From Candidatus Omnitrophota bacterium (lineage in GTDB: Bacteria > Omnitrophota > Omnitrophia > Omnitrophales > Aquincolibacteriaceae): DNA of 64,000 nucleotides. The position numbers were made by a program, and so were the translations under genes. Each line of letters opens with the position of its first letter. Position 1 is the stretch's first letter. The stretch spans positions 12,212 to 76,211 of the forward strand of contig PLLJ01000041.1 in assembly GCA_003140935.1 (NCBI GenBank), in the 5' to 3' direction. Below the pieces are notes generated by a model that was not told where the DNA came from, ran no database searches, and saw nothing but the letters and a program-made list of their open reading frames with translations. Positions 33,927-42,511 of the stretch are shown piece after piece.

Positions 33927-35973
33927 GCAAAGTGACCAGCAACGTGATCAGGACAAATCCGATGTAATCATGGATGCGGCCCGTGCTGCGCTGGCGAATG
34001 GCGTTCGCAACGCGCGTCACGCCGGCCTGAACGTGATTATAAAAATGGACGAGAGCCAGGTCGACTACGTCACTTTGCCAGTGGAGCTGGCTTAACACGT
34101 AGGGTGTCGACCCGGTTTTCTTGCGAACGGTCCGTTTCGGTTGGTAAAGTAAGGCGAAAATGAAACGCAACGGTTTGGCGAACGCTGTGGCGGTGTAGTC
34201 GAACCGGCTTTGAGGGGCCATCCCGCATGTCCAGGTCGGTTCCCGGCGACGTGCGAGGGCGCGCGGCCAAACAACTATCCCCCAGGCCACCAGGGCCACG
34301 GCGCCGAACAACACGGCCGCTGCCGTCATCGACACGGCGGTCCCCGTCCCGGGATTCGCGCTTGCCAACAACACCAGGGGACCGCGGGCCGTGATCAGTT
34401 GGCTGGGACCGACACCCCCCAAAAGCCTCATGACAGGAGAGTCCAGCAAAACCATGGCATACCCGGGCATGATCCCGATCATCACGCATACCGTCGCCAG
34501 CAAAACCATCCCCGCCAACATACTCGGAGCCCCTTCAACAGCCTCTGCAGCGTGGGTAGAACGGGGTCGCCCCAGAAAAGTCACCCCAAAAGCCTTCACA
34601 AAACAAGCGGCTGCCAGCCCGCCGGTCAGAGCGAGAGCCGCAGCGACGGCGATCACGACCAACCCACTTCCGCTGCGCAGATACGCGCTGGCCAGGATCA
34701 GAGTCTGAAAGGTCATCCATTCGCTGACAAATCCATTGAGCGGCGGCAGGGCCGAGATTGCGACCGCGCCGATCAGAAAGAGCCATGCTGTCCACGGCAT
34801 GCGTCGCGCGAGTCCGCCGAGTTCCTCCATGTTCAGGATATGGGTGGCCGTTTGAACGACGCCGGCACAAAGGAATAAAAGCCCTTTGAACGCGGCATGG
34901 TTGAGCGTGTGCAGGAGAGCCGCCGCCAACCCGAGCGCGGCAAGTGCATCGGCCGCACCCCCGCGGTGTGTCAAAAGCATGGCCATACCCACGCCCATCA
35001 GGATGATGCCTACGTTCTCAACGCTGTGAAACGCCAGCAACCTTTTAAGATCGTGCTGCTGAAGCGCATAAAGGACGCCGATGATGGCTGAGATCGCGCC
35101 GAGCACCAGGACGATCCATCCCCACGAGGGAGGGAGGGGCCCGGTCGCGGGGGCTAATAGATCCAAACCGAGACGCAATATTCCATAGATCGCTACTTTG
35201 AGCATCACCCCCGACATCAGAGCCGAGGCATGACTAGGCGCGGCGGGGTGCGCCTGAGGAAGCCAGATGTGAAGCGGGACAATGCCGGCCTTGGCCCCAA
35301 GTCCTACGAGCGCAAGAAAAAAAAGGACGGACCGTTCGGTTCCGGACAGCGCCGCGGCCGCTGTCCGCATCGCAGCGAAATCAAAACTCCCGGCATGGAC
35401 CGCCAGCGTCAAAAAGACAACCATCAGCAGTGCCGTTCCTGCGTGCGCCATGATCATGTAGATCAAACCGGCGCGAGTATTGCTTTTTTTCCCTTCGGAT
35501 ACGACTAAGACATAACTCGCCAGCGTCATTCCTTCCCATGCCAGAAGAAAAGTCATCGCGTCGCCCGCGCACAGGACAAGAGCCATCGAAGCGACAAAAA
35601 TATTGATCCCCAGGACTTCCACCGCAGGGGATGAGCCGGAGTGCGCCTTGAGGTACGCCGGACCGTAAATCGCTGCCGCGATCGTGACGATCGAGACGAC
35701 CAACAGAAAAAATGCGCTGAGTCCGTCTAAGGTAAGCACTAAATTCGCGAAGGGAAAAAGATGCGGAAGTTCAACGTGTATTGCAGTCTGCAGCGCGCCG
35801 CCGGTCAGTCGTTGGATCGCCAGAGCCAGCCCGGCCAACGCGCCAATGAGCAAGGCAACGTGACCCAGAACACGGGTCGCATTCCCCCACCGGCTTCCCA
35901 AAATCGATACGGCCGCACCCGCGCCATACGCCCCCAACATGATCCATAACCCACCGATTGACATCTCGCTCAA
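33907..35973 (-). CDS. NuoL-like membrane subunit (HyfB-like), first gene of the hydrogenase operon
   Basis: 688 aa. The N-terminal architecture is colinear with E. coli HyfB/NuoL (..LSAFFLLVVSIVTIAAAIYGPAYL.., ..FLLAWEGMTLASY..). Confidence 0.85.
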   Translation of the reverse strand: MSEMSIGGLWIMLGAYGAGAAVSILGSRWGNATRVLGHVALLIGALAGLALAIQRLTGGALQTAIHVELPHLFPFANLVLTLDGLSAFFLLVVSIVTIAAAIYGPAYLKAHSGSSPAVEVLGINIFVASMALVLCAGDAMTFLLAWEGMTLASYVLVVSEGKKSNTRAGLIYMIMAHAGTALLMVVFLTLAVHAGSFDFAAMRTAAAALSGTERSVLFFLALVGLGAKAGIVPLHIWLPQAHPAAPSHASALMSGVMLKVAIYGILRLGLDLLAPATGPLPPSWGWIVLVLGAISAIIGVLYALQQHDLKRLLAFHSVENVGIILMGVGMAMLLTHRGGAADALAALGLAAALLHTLNHAAFKGLLFLCAGVVQTATHILNMEELGGLARRMPWTAWLFLIGAVAISALPPLNGFVSEWMTFQTLILASAYLRSGSGLVVIAVAAALALTGGLAAACFVKAFGVTFLGRPRSTHAAEAVEGAPSMLAGMVLLATVCVMIGIMPGYAMVLLDSPVMRLLGGVGPSQLITARGPLVLLASANPGTGTAVSMTAAAVLFGAVALVAWGIVVWPRALARRREPTWTCGMAPQSRFDYTATAFAKPLRFIFALLYQPKRTVRKKTGSTPYVLSQLHWQSDVVDLALVHFYNHVQAGVTRVANAIRQRSTGRIHDYIGFVLITLLVTLLVFGRG

Positions 35974-36551
35974 TAGGCCCTCTTTTCAATGTCCTTTTTT
36001 TATTATAGTCGGGAAAATAGCTAAAATCATCATAGAATTAGGCGGAGAGAAAAACTATATCATTCTGGTATTTTTATACGAATGTCGCTTTAGATTGGAA
36101 AAACGACATTTAAATAGGCGGTTTTACTCGATATTGAAGCTCGCGGTTTATGACCTTTCATGGTGGGGCCAATCAGAATGATACTAAAAATGATAAGAAT
36201 GAAACGAGGGTGGGAGTTTAGTTTTTGAGGGATAAAAAATAAAAAGCTGGTGTCCGAAAAATGTCCAGAATGCAGCTCATTTTATCAAAAACAATGCAGC
36301 CGCATAAAACGGGTAAAAGGTGGAAATCCTTGAATTTAAGTACCCGCTTCTGTGTTTACTTCGCCCGTTGGTTCTATAACCGAAATCCAACATGAATCCC
36401 CTTGTGACCATTTTGTGTCTATTTTAGCGCTGAATAAGCCTTATGTGAGGTCAAGAGAGGTCAGCACAGAACAAATCAAAAAAGATATTTTGCAGAGGAG
36501 AAATGATGTAAATGAAGGAAGCACAAGAGGTTTGCAAAAAAAGGCGGACGC

Positions 36552-36594
36552 TTTTTGAGTCCAGTGCGTCTGCCAGTTCCGCCATCCCCGCAAA
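36552..36594. repeat. 43-bp perfect direct repeat, copy B: an orphan 5'-half fragment of tRNA-Leu(CAA), possibly an att remnant or pseudo-tRNA
   Basis: Identical to 27786..27828. The sequence diverges immediately on both sides. It has no anticodon-stem 3' strand, variable arm or T-arm, so it cannot be a functional tRNA. Confidence 0.9.
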
Positions 36595-36686
36595 ATTCAA
36601 CACAGAGCCACGAGTTCCATACCTTGAGCCGCTGGCATATCGGGCCCATACGACACCCCTACAGTCAAGACTCATAGCTGAAAGAA

Positions 36687-36762
<76 letters not shown>

Positions 36763-36880
36763 ACGATATTAAGGAACAAAGACTTCTTCCGATTTTCCTG
36801 TCTTCACTCAGGTTCTGAAAGCGCAAGAGGCGGTATTCTACTTAAGATACTGTGGATTTACAAGAAAAGGGTTCCGAAGT

Positions 36881-37222
36881 TTAAAAGAAAGTCTCGGGCT
36901 TGAGAGGCAATTCATTTTGCTGCCCGGGTACCACAGAAAAGAGAACATCCCAAACGCCGCAGCCAAGCCTTGTCACGGCACGGAATGTTCCGTCGACAAA
37001 GCCTGCCATATCCCGGAAAACACGGGGGTTACCATCTGTTTTTTGATCATAGCGGCTGATGGTCGAAGGGATCTCCCAAGGGAAACTTACTATGTTCTTA
37101 AGCCCTCGTGGAAACGCCTGCCCCAACTGGGTGAAATATCCAGGCTCCTCGGCCGCATAAACGGGAGAAAATGACACGCAAAACAGCAGCGCGAACACGA
37201 GGCCGATCATTCTGATTTTCAC
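36881..37222 (-). CDS. Small secreted protein, paralog 1 of a two-member family in this window
   Basis: GTG start with GGAGG 5 nt upstream. Signal peptide MKIRMIGLVFALLFCVSFSPVYAAEE. Shares AEE..F(P/G)RGL(K/E)N(I/V)V..P.EIP.TI... and a C-terminal G(V/C).(D/E)V..F..P block with 54050..54403. Confidence 0.6.
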   Translation of the reverse strand: MKIRMIGLVFALLFCVSFSPVYAAEEPGYFTQLGQAFPRGLKNIVSFPWEIPSTISRYDQKTDGNPRVFRDMAGFVDGTFRAVTRLGCGVWDVLFSVVPGQQNELPLKPETFF

Positions 37223-37342
37223 AACACCCTCCGGATGCTTTGGGATCTTCTTGGGAATCCAAACATATTTAAAGTTTTTAAGCTCGCTAGCCGATGCTTT
37301 TTATGCGCAACAAAGATTAGCAACCGTTAACAAGAGGCGCCC

Positions 37343-37534
37343 ATGAAATCAGCTTATAACTGTCCCGCTTGCCAATGGTCCGGCAGTGAAGCTAGCTTCG
37401 TCACTAAGATCCTCTCGATCATGTACCGTCCCAAACATGATAATATCCAGGCTTTTAAGCAGATCAAATGCCCCAAATGTCATAATCTTGTGACGATCAT
37501 CTTCGAAACACTTGATGGGACTATCGTAAAATAG
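37343..37534 (+). CDS. Small zinc-ribbon protein (63 aa)
   Basis: Two CxxC pairs (CPAC...CPKC). Ribosome-binding site AAGAGG 8 nt upstream of the ATG. Confidence 0.5.
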   Translation: MKSAYNCPACQWSGSEASFVTKILSIMYRPKHDNIQAFKQIKCPKCHNLVTIIFETLDGTIVK

Positions 37535-37638
37535 CGCTTTTTGTCATCCTTGGACGCTTTTGTCGGAGAGCCACTCTGGATTCCCGCTGCCGAGGACAAA
37601 ATACAGCCACTCCTTAACTCGCCCCCTTCCGCAGGGTC

Positions 37639-38412
37639 TTAACGCAAGCATCCGAAATGCGCCAACCGAATCCCGAGATGGTCGACATACCTGCGTAGTT
37701 CTTTCAGACTGAAAAGCTGATACTCCCTCTCTCGCGGGATCGTAAGTGAACTGATGGAGCAAAGCTCATCGTCCACCCACCCTGGATGGCACATGATCTC
37801 GCTTGTTCCCTCCGGAAGCGTGAACAGCAAATGCCTCAACACTTCTTCCGTCCAGAACGTGTGAGGGTCCAGATTTCCATAAAAATGGTCGGTGGTCTTA
37901 AGATCTTTATGCGCGCTCCTAATATCCGGTTCGGTCAAAAGCCGCGTCCAACGGACCGGAAGATCATGTTTTTGAGCGACTGCCGCCAGCGCCTCCAGGA
38001 ACGGTCTAAAATCGTGCATATGATGATGAACATCCACATGGGTCGGCAATCGCTTGAAGACCTTTTCGAATTTCAGGAGCTGCGCTTTGAACTCTTCTAG
38101 GATCTCGGAAACAGGCGGCAATTTTTTTTCGGAATACTGTTCCTTTTTCTTGAAACGTCCGTCCTTCTGAAGGAGAGATCTCACAAGCTCCGGCTTGGCC
38201 ACAGGCTTTCCAAGGGTCACGTTCATATGAAGCCCGATCCCGAGTTTTTTCCTGCTCAGAAGCTCCCGGACTACGCCCGGTCCCACCGGAAGATTGATCA
38301 AAAAGGTCGTACTGGTCACGATTCCGTTCTCGTGGGCTTTCAAAATGGCTGACGTGACCTGGGAGGTTAAATTGCAGTCATCCGCGTTGATGATGAGCAT
38401 CTTTTGTTTCAT
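37639..38412 (-). CDS. ChbG/YdjC/HpnK-family carbohydrate deacetylase
   Basis: The N-terminal MLIINADDCNLT matches the YdjC family hallmark (IINADDFG). 257 aa. Confidence 0.8.
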   Translation of the reverse strand: MKQKMLIINADDCNLTSQVTSAILKAHENGIVTSTTFLINLPVGPGVVRELLSRKKLGIGLHMNVTLGKPVAKPELVRSLLQKDGRFKKKEQYSEKKLPPVSEILEEFKAQLLKFEKVFKRLPTHVDVHHHMHDFRPFLEALAAVAQKHDLPVRWTRLLTEPDIRSAHKDLKTTDHFYGNLDPHTFWTEEVLRHLLFTLPEGTSEIMCHPGWVDDELCSISSLTIPREREYQLFSLKELRRYVDHLGIRLAHFGCLR

Positions 38413-38428
38413 TTGATATCTCTTTTGT

Positions 38429-38812
38429 CTAGGGAACCACGATCACAACGGTCGCAATCGCATATTCACGTTCGTGTGCAACCGACAACTCGATCTGAGC
38501 TTGTACCGGGATATGAAACTCCTTGCGACTCTTTGAGCTCAAGGCGATATACGGTTTCCCGGTCGCTTCGCGCCTGACCTCAATCTCTGAAAGGCGTCTG
38601 TTTTTTTTGGGACGGACCTTCAGAGCCTTCAGAACCGCTTCCTTTGCAGCAAGGCGGGCCGCGTAATGCTCGAATTTCATGCGTTTAGAGCCGCAATAGG
38701 CCTGTTCGGCGGCGGTAAAAACGCGATCCAGAAAGGCCTTCCCTGAAGTCCGATCGATCATTCGTTCCATCCGCTCGACCTTGACCAGATCGATGCCCTG
38801 AAGGATTCTCAA
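38429..38812 (-). CDS. acpS: Holo-[acyl-carrier-protein] synthase
   Basis: 127 aa. GIDLVKVERM... and AAKEAVLKAL are colinear with E. coli AcpS (GTDIVEIARI, AVKEAAAKAF). Confidence 0.85.
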   Translation of the reverse strand: MRILQGIDLVKVERMERMIDRTSGKAFLDRVFTAAEQAYCGSKRMKFEHYAARLAAKEAVLKALKVRPKKNRRLSEIEVRREATGKPYIALSSKSRKEFHIPVQAQIELSVAHEREYAIATVVIVVP

Positions 38813-38822
38813 AATAGCCGCC

Positions 38823-39131
38823 CTAAGAAGACACCGTGGTGCGCAAAAACCAATACGCCAATGCCGCGATGATCAGAACGGAGATAATGTAAAAATTATT
38901 GAAACGCCAAAAATCCCACAACCGTTGCCAGAAGTAACCGGAAGCCCTGCCTTTTTTTTTCTTGAGCAGAACGTCATACTTAAGGCCAAGAACTTCTTCT
39001 TTCCGGAAGCGGATGTACACGCCGCCGATCTTGTAGGCGTGCAGGACTTCATCCCGAATGAACTGTTCGATCACTTGTTGTTCAACCTCGAGGAAGTTCT
39101 TCACCTCGTCGAGCGTCAGCATGTTATTCAT
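38823..39131 (-). CDS. Membrane-anchored excisionase/MerR-type HTH protein (102 aa)
   Basis: The N-terminal LTLDEVKNFLEVEQQVIEQFIRDEVLHAYKIGGVYIRFRKEEV matches the excisionase-family HTH pattern (LT..E.A..L.VS...Y.L...G.LPA.KIGG.WR....DL). A C-terminal TM helix FYIISVLIIAALAYWFL follows. Confidence 0.6.
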   Translation of the reverse strand: MNNMLTLDEVKNFLEVEQQVIEQFIRDEVLHAYKIGGVYIRFRKEEVLGLKYDVLLKKKKGRASGYFWQRLWDFWRFNNFYIISVLIIAALAYWFLRTTVSS

Positions 39132-39207
39132 AGTAATATCAGCCGCCTAACTGAAAAGCATGCGCATGGTTTGCCACAGAAAAAACACCCCAAGCAAAAC
39201 AGGGGTT

Positions 39208-39741
39208 TTAGACCGAGGCCTTCTCTCGTTGGATCCACTGATCCACTTCGGCCTTGGTAAAGATCCAGTGACCATTGTCAAAACGCGCCGGGATCTTCTT
39301 AGAATGAGCCCACTCTTCAATAATGCGAGCCTCAACCTCCAAATACTGCGCTACATCCTTCAGCGTCAAAAAAACATCCGATCCGTCTGAAGTGCTCACA
39401 CCTTGCATAGTCACGAGGCCTTGAAGGATCGCACCATCTCCGATGCTCAAACGTGGGGTGGTAAGATTCCCTTTGAGAGTTGCCGTTCCAAGAATGGAAA
39501 GACTTTGAGTTGCGATAACATCCCCGGAAACTTTCCCGGCAATAACGATATTGTCGCCGTGGATATTCGCGCTGACCTTGGCATTCTCACCGATCGTAAG
39601 ATTGCCGCGCGTGTCAAGCTTGCCCTCAAAACTTCCATTGATGCGCAAATTCACGGGATCCTTGAAGGAAATCGTGCCCTGCATGCTCGCGTCAACATCG
39701 AGGATCTTCTCCTGGATATCTTCCTTCTTTTTATTGGCCAT
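39208..39741 (-). CDS. Bactofilin-domain protein fused to a C-terminal excisionase-type HTH domain
   Basis: Residues 20-125 form a bactofilin beta-helix repeat pattern (ISFKDPVNLRINGSFEGKLDTRGNLTIGENAKVSANIHGDNIVIAGKVSGDVIATQSLSILGTATLKGNLTTPRLSIGDGAILQGLV). The C-terminal FLTLKDVAQYLEVEARIIEEWAHSKKIPARFDNGHWIFTKAEVDQWI is paralogous to the HTH of 38823..39131. Confidence 0.75.
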   Translation of the reverse strand: MANKKKEDIQEKILDVDASMQGTISFKDPVNLRINGSFEGKLDTRGNLTIGENAKVSANIHGDNIVIAGKVSGDVIATQSLSILGTATLKGNLTTPRLSIGDGAILQGLVTMQGVSTSDGSDVFLTLKDVAQYLEVEARIIEEWAHSKKIPARFDNGHWIFTKAEVDQWIQREKASV

Positions 39742-39868
39742 GGTCGTTCTCCTTTGGAGACATTGTGGGGTATAGAAGCTAACTTATTATTATCGTTTTA
39801 GGGGGCATTGTCAATGGAAGTGACCGCCATCGTCACCCAATGCAGGGAGATTGCCCGGAAGGACCGTT

Positions 39869-40405
39869 TTAGACCCGATGCAAAGCCAAAGACAATTCGG
39901 CGAGACCCGCGATTTCCTGTGACGTCAGGCGAGTGCTCTGCAAAAAACTCCTCGGGGAAATATGAACGCAGGAGGGCTTCTCTCCATCTTGGGTCAGGCT
40001 GAGGACAGGCATGGAAGAAGGGATCCACTTACATATTCGGGCACCAACTTTTTCCCGATCCGTACCCAAAAGCCCGGCATACTCAAAAAAACTCAGGCGA
40101 TCACTGAAGCCGTTCATCCTGATGATCTGTTGCCGGTCCAATTCTGGATAGAAAAGATAGAGCGTTGCATCGTTAGGCATCAGCACCCAAAGCTTTTTGA
40201 TTTCCTGCTGCAATTCATCCACGGAATAATCCCGCATTGACCGGTAAAAAATACGTGCCCAGACCTGTGCATCCTCGCTCTTAAAAAGAAACGGGGTGCC
40301 ATTCGTATCCTCGAGGATCACTTTGTCTGCGTGAAGTTCCTGGATCGACAGGCGGATCAACTGAAAAATCTCCTGACGGGTCACGCGCTCTTGGATCGCG
40401 ATCAT
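39869..40405 (-). CDS. Hypothetical protein (178 aa), third gene of the ParA-like operon
   Basis: The ATG at 40405 forms an ATGA overlap with the stop of the upstream gene. No recognisable domain. The track's start at 40429 would add 8 aa. Confidence 0.5.
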   Translation of the reverse strand: MIAIQERVTRQEIFQLIRLSIQELHADKVILEDTNGTPFLFKSEDAQVWARIFYRSMRDYSVDELQQEIKKLWVLMPNDATLYLFYPELDRQQIIRMNGFSDRLSFFEYAGLLGTDREKVGARICKWIPSSMPVLSLTQDGEKPSCVHISPRSFLQSTRLTSQEIAGLAELSLALHRV

Positions 40406-41217
40406 CGCGACACCTCGGCCAGAGCACACACCGGCGTTTTTCTTTCCAAGGATTCAATCCAATCAGCCAACAGGTACTTCTGAAGACTGGGTTTTGCGTT
40501 CCAATGCTGATATTTCAACGGTTCTGTATGAAGGGCCGCAGAAAAATGTCGCGCAGGATCCGCAAGATCTATCCACCCTAACCATCCAAGATCAACATCA
40601 AGATGTGTGGACACAAAACTTGAAAACCGATCGAAGACCACCGCCCCCTTGGCCTCCTCTGCTCTTCCGGACAAGGTGACGTAAAATTCAAGTTGCGGGT
40701 TCAACGCCAGCCCAACCTTCATCATTTTGTAACCTTCCGTTAGAGATTCGGCCGTGGGTTTTAACAAAAGAACCCATTTGTCCAGCAGAGAGATCACCTT
40801 CTCAAAGTGAAGCAGGTGACGATACTCGAAATCCAGGAAAATATCCCGGCTCTGGAGCACTCCTTCAGACCGAGGCAAAGAAGGCCCGCTGACAAGATCA
40901 TGAAGCTCATCCCAATAAAGGCAATACCGCACGAGATGGTCCCCGAACGATTCTGACAGGCCGTCCCCGAAGCCCGAAGGAGCCTTGACCTTGCGCGATA
41001 GAACGCTGAGAAGAGAACAGGCTCGCTCCGGAGATGCGACCTGCGAAGCAAAGAACGTATTCAAGAGAAGCGAATCACCATCACAATCGGGGCTCGAAAC
41101 ACCCAGCGCTTGAACTTCGGGAGAACGACGGACCGGGACGTCTTCGGGAACTGTACCGAAGAGAGGCGAAATGTCTTTTAATCCGCGAACGAGCTTTTTG
41201 GAATCATCCATGATCAA
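40402..41217 (-). CDS. Hypothetical protein (271 aa), second gene of the ParA-like operon and a candidate partner/adaptor of the ATPase
   Basis: The ORF overlaps the ParA-like stop by 4 nt, suggesting translational coupling. No recognisable domain. Soluble, acidic and predicted alpha/beta. Confidence 0.55.
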   Translation of the reverse strand: MIMDDSKKLVRGLKDISPLFGTVPEDVPVRRSPEVQALGVSSPDCDGDSLLLNTFFASQVASPERACSLLSVLSRKVKAPSGFGDGLSESFGDHLVRYCLYWDELHDLVSGPSLPRSEGVLQSRDIFLDFEYRHLLHFEKVISLLDKWVLLLKPTAESLTEGYKMMKVGLALNPQLEFYVTLSGRAEEAKGAVVFDRFSSFVSTHLDVDLGWLGWIDLADPARHFSAALHTEPLKYQHWNAKPSLQKYLLADWIESLERKTPVCALAEVSR

Positions 41218-42329
41218 GCAAACTCCATGTAAGAGTCAATGCCTCCATAGGCATTTTCTTTCTGCGCGGGCTGATGGGGATCCACCTGCCACTCTCCATC
41301 CACAATGAACTTGTAGCGAAACGTCTTGAGCTCCACCGAAATGACCTTCTGCCAAAGTCCGTCTTGATCACGGCGAATGAGCGGCTCAGGAACCCAATGA
41401 TTGAAATCCCCGGCGATTTCTACCGAGGACGCTGTCTTACTCAAAAACTGAAAAAGGATCCCATCCGAGATCATACGCGGCCCGAAATGATTTTTAAAAA
41501 TCTGCTCCCATCCGAGTTCTTTTTCCGGAAGCCTCCGGTTCCAATCCCGCTCCAAATATTCGACTGCAAGATTCAAATAATCCTGAAAGGCCGTCGATTG
41601 GGCCGCATACTGAACAATACTCTGTCCCGCAGCCGCCGCTTCCTTCAGACTCACATGTTCATGAATAATCGTCGTGAAAAGCCGGTCCTGAAAATGAGCT
41701 TTCACTTCGTCATAGATCTCATGAGAAAAATTAACCTGGGAATTGAAGAGCGTCAAAAGCGCATGAACGGCAAGAGGCGTTTCCCGGCTCCGATTCACAA
41801 CCTGGAAAGTTTCAGAAATTTTCGCAAGTCCGTGAAGTGAAAAAAATGACGGCTCAACCGGAACCACGACTTCATCAGCCGCATGGAGAGCATTCCAAGT
41901 GAGAATCCCGAGATTCGGGGGGCAATCAAGAACTACAAAGTCATAATGGCGCTGATCTTCATCGATCCGGGTCAGAAGATCCCGAAGTCTGAGATGGTAA
42001 TTAGGCACAAACCCGAATTCTTCCTCAAGGGCATTCAGGCTGGCATTGCAGGGAATGAGATCATAATCCGGCTTCAGGTTCCGGATAACTTGAGAGAAAG
42101 GAGGTGCTATCTGCTGAAGCGGACTTAAAAGATCATAAAGAGTCGACATCCCCTTCTGCGTCTTGACCCCCAACCCGATCGTGGAATGCCCCTGCGGGTC
42201 CAAGTCGATCACGAGAACTTTCTTTTGAAGAAAATTCAGACATGCCGAAAAATTGATGCTGGTTGTGGTCTTTCCACACCCACCTTTTTGATTGGCAATG
42301 GCAATAATTCTCAAAAAGTCGGCCTCCAT
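41214..42329 (-). CDS. ParA/MinD-family P-loop ATPase fused to a C-terminal AMPK-beta-type glycogen-binding domain (CBM48)
   Basis: Deviant Walker A IAIANQKGGCGKTT near the N-terminus. The ParA fold spans about 260 aa. The C-terminal approximately 90 aa, AGDFNHWVPEPLIRRDQDGLWQKVISVELKTFRYKFIVDGEWQVDPHQPAQKENAYGGIDSYMEF, is colinear with the human AMPK beta1 GBD (GSFNNW...HQYKFFVDGQWTHDPSEP...GTVNNII). Confidence 0.85.
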   Translation of the reverse strand: MEADFLRIIAIANQKGGCGKTTTSINFSACLNFLQKKVLVIDLDPQGHSTIGLGVKTQKGMSTLYDLLSPLQQIAPPFSQVIRNLKPDYDLIPCNASLNALEEEFGFVPNYHLRLRDLLTRIDEDQRHYDFVVLDCPPNLGILTWNALHAADEVVVPVEPSFFSLHGLAKISETFQVVNRSRETPLAVHALLTLFNSQVNFSHEIYDEVKAHFQDRLFTTIIHEHVSLKEAAAAGQSIVQYAAQSTAFQDYLNLAVEYLERDWNRRLPEKELGWEQIFKNHFGPRMISDGILFQFLSKTASSVEIAGDFNHWVPEPLIRRDQDGLWQKVISVELKTFRYKFIVDGEWQVDPHQPAQKENAYGGIDSYMEFA

Positions 42330-42511
42330 AAGTTAAATTACCTGTTATCAATGTAACGGCTTCACTTAGTAAAGCTTTATAGTAATGAAGTCACACTGGA
42401 AGAGATTAAAATGCTCTGGAAAAAAACGGTGGGTAGAACAAAAAAAAGGAACTGCTTTATTAAAATCTATTGGTATGAAGGGTTTATCGGACGGAGAAAA
42501 TCAGGAACCGT

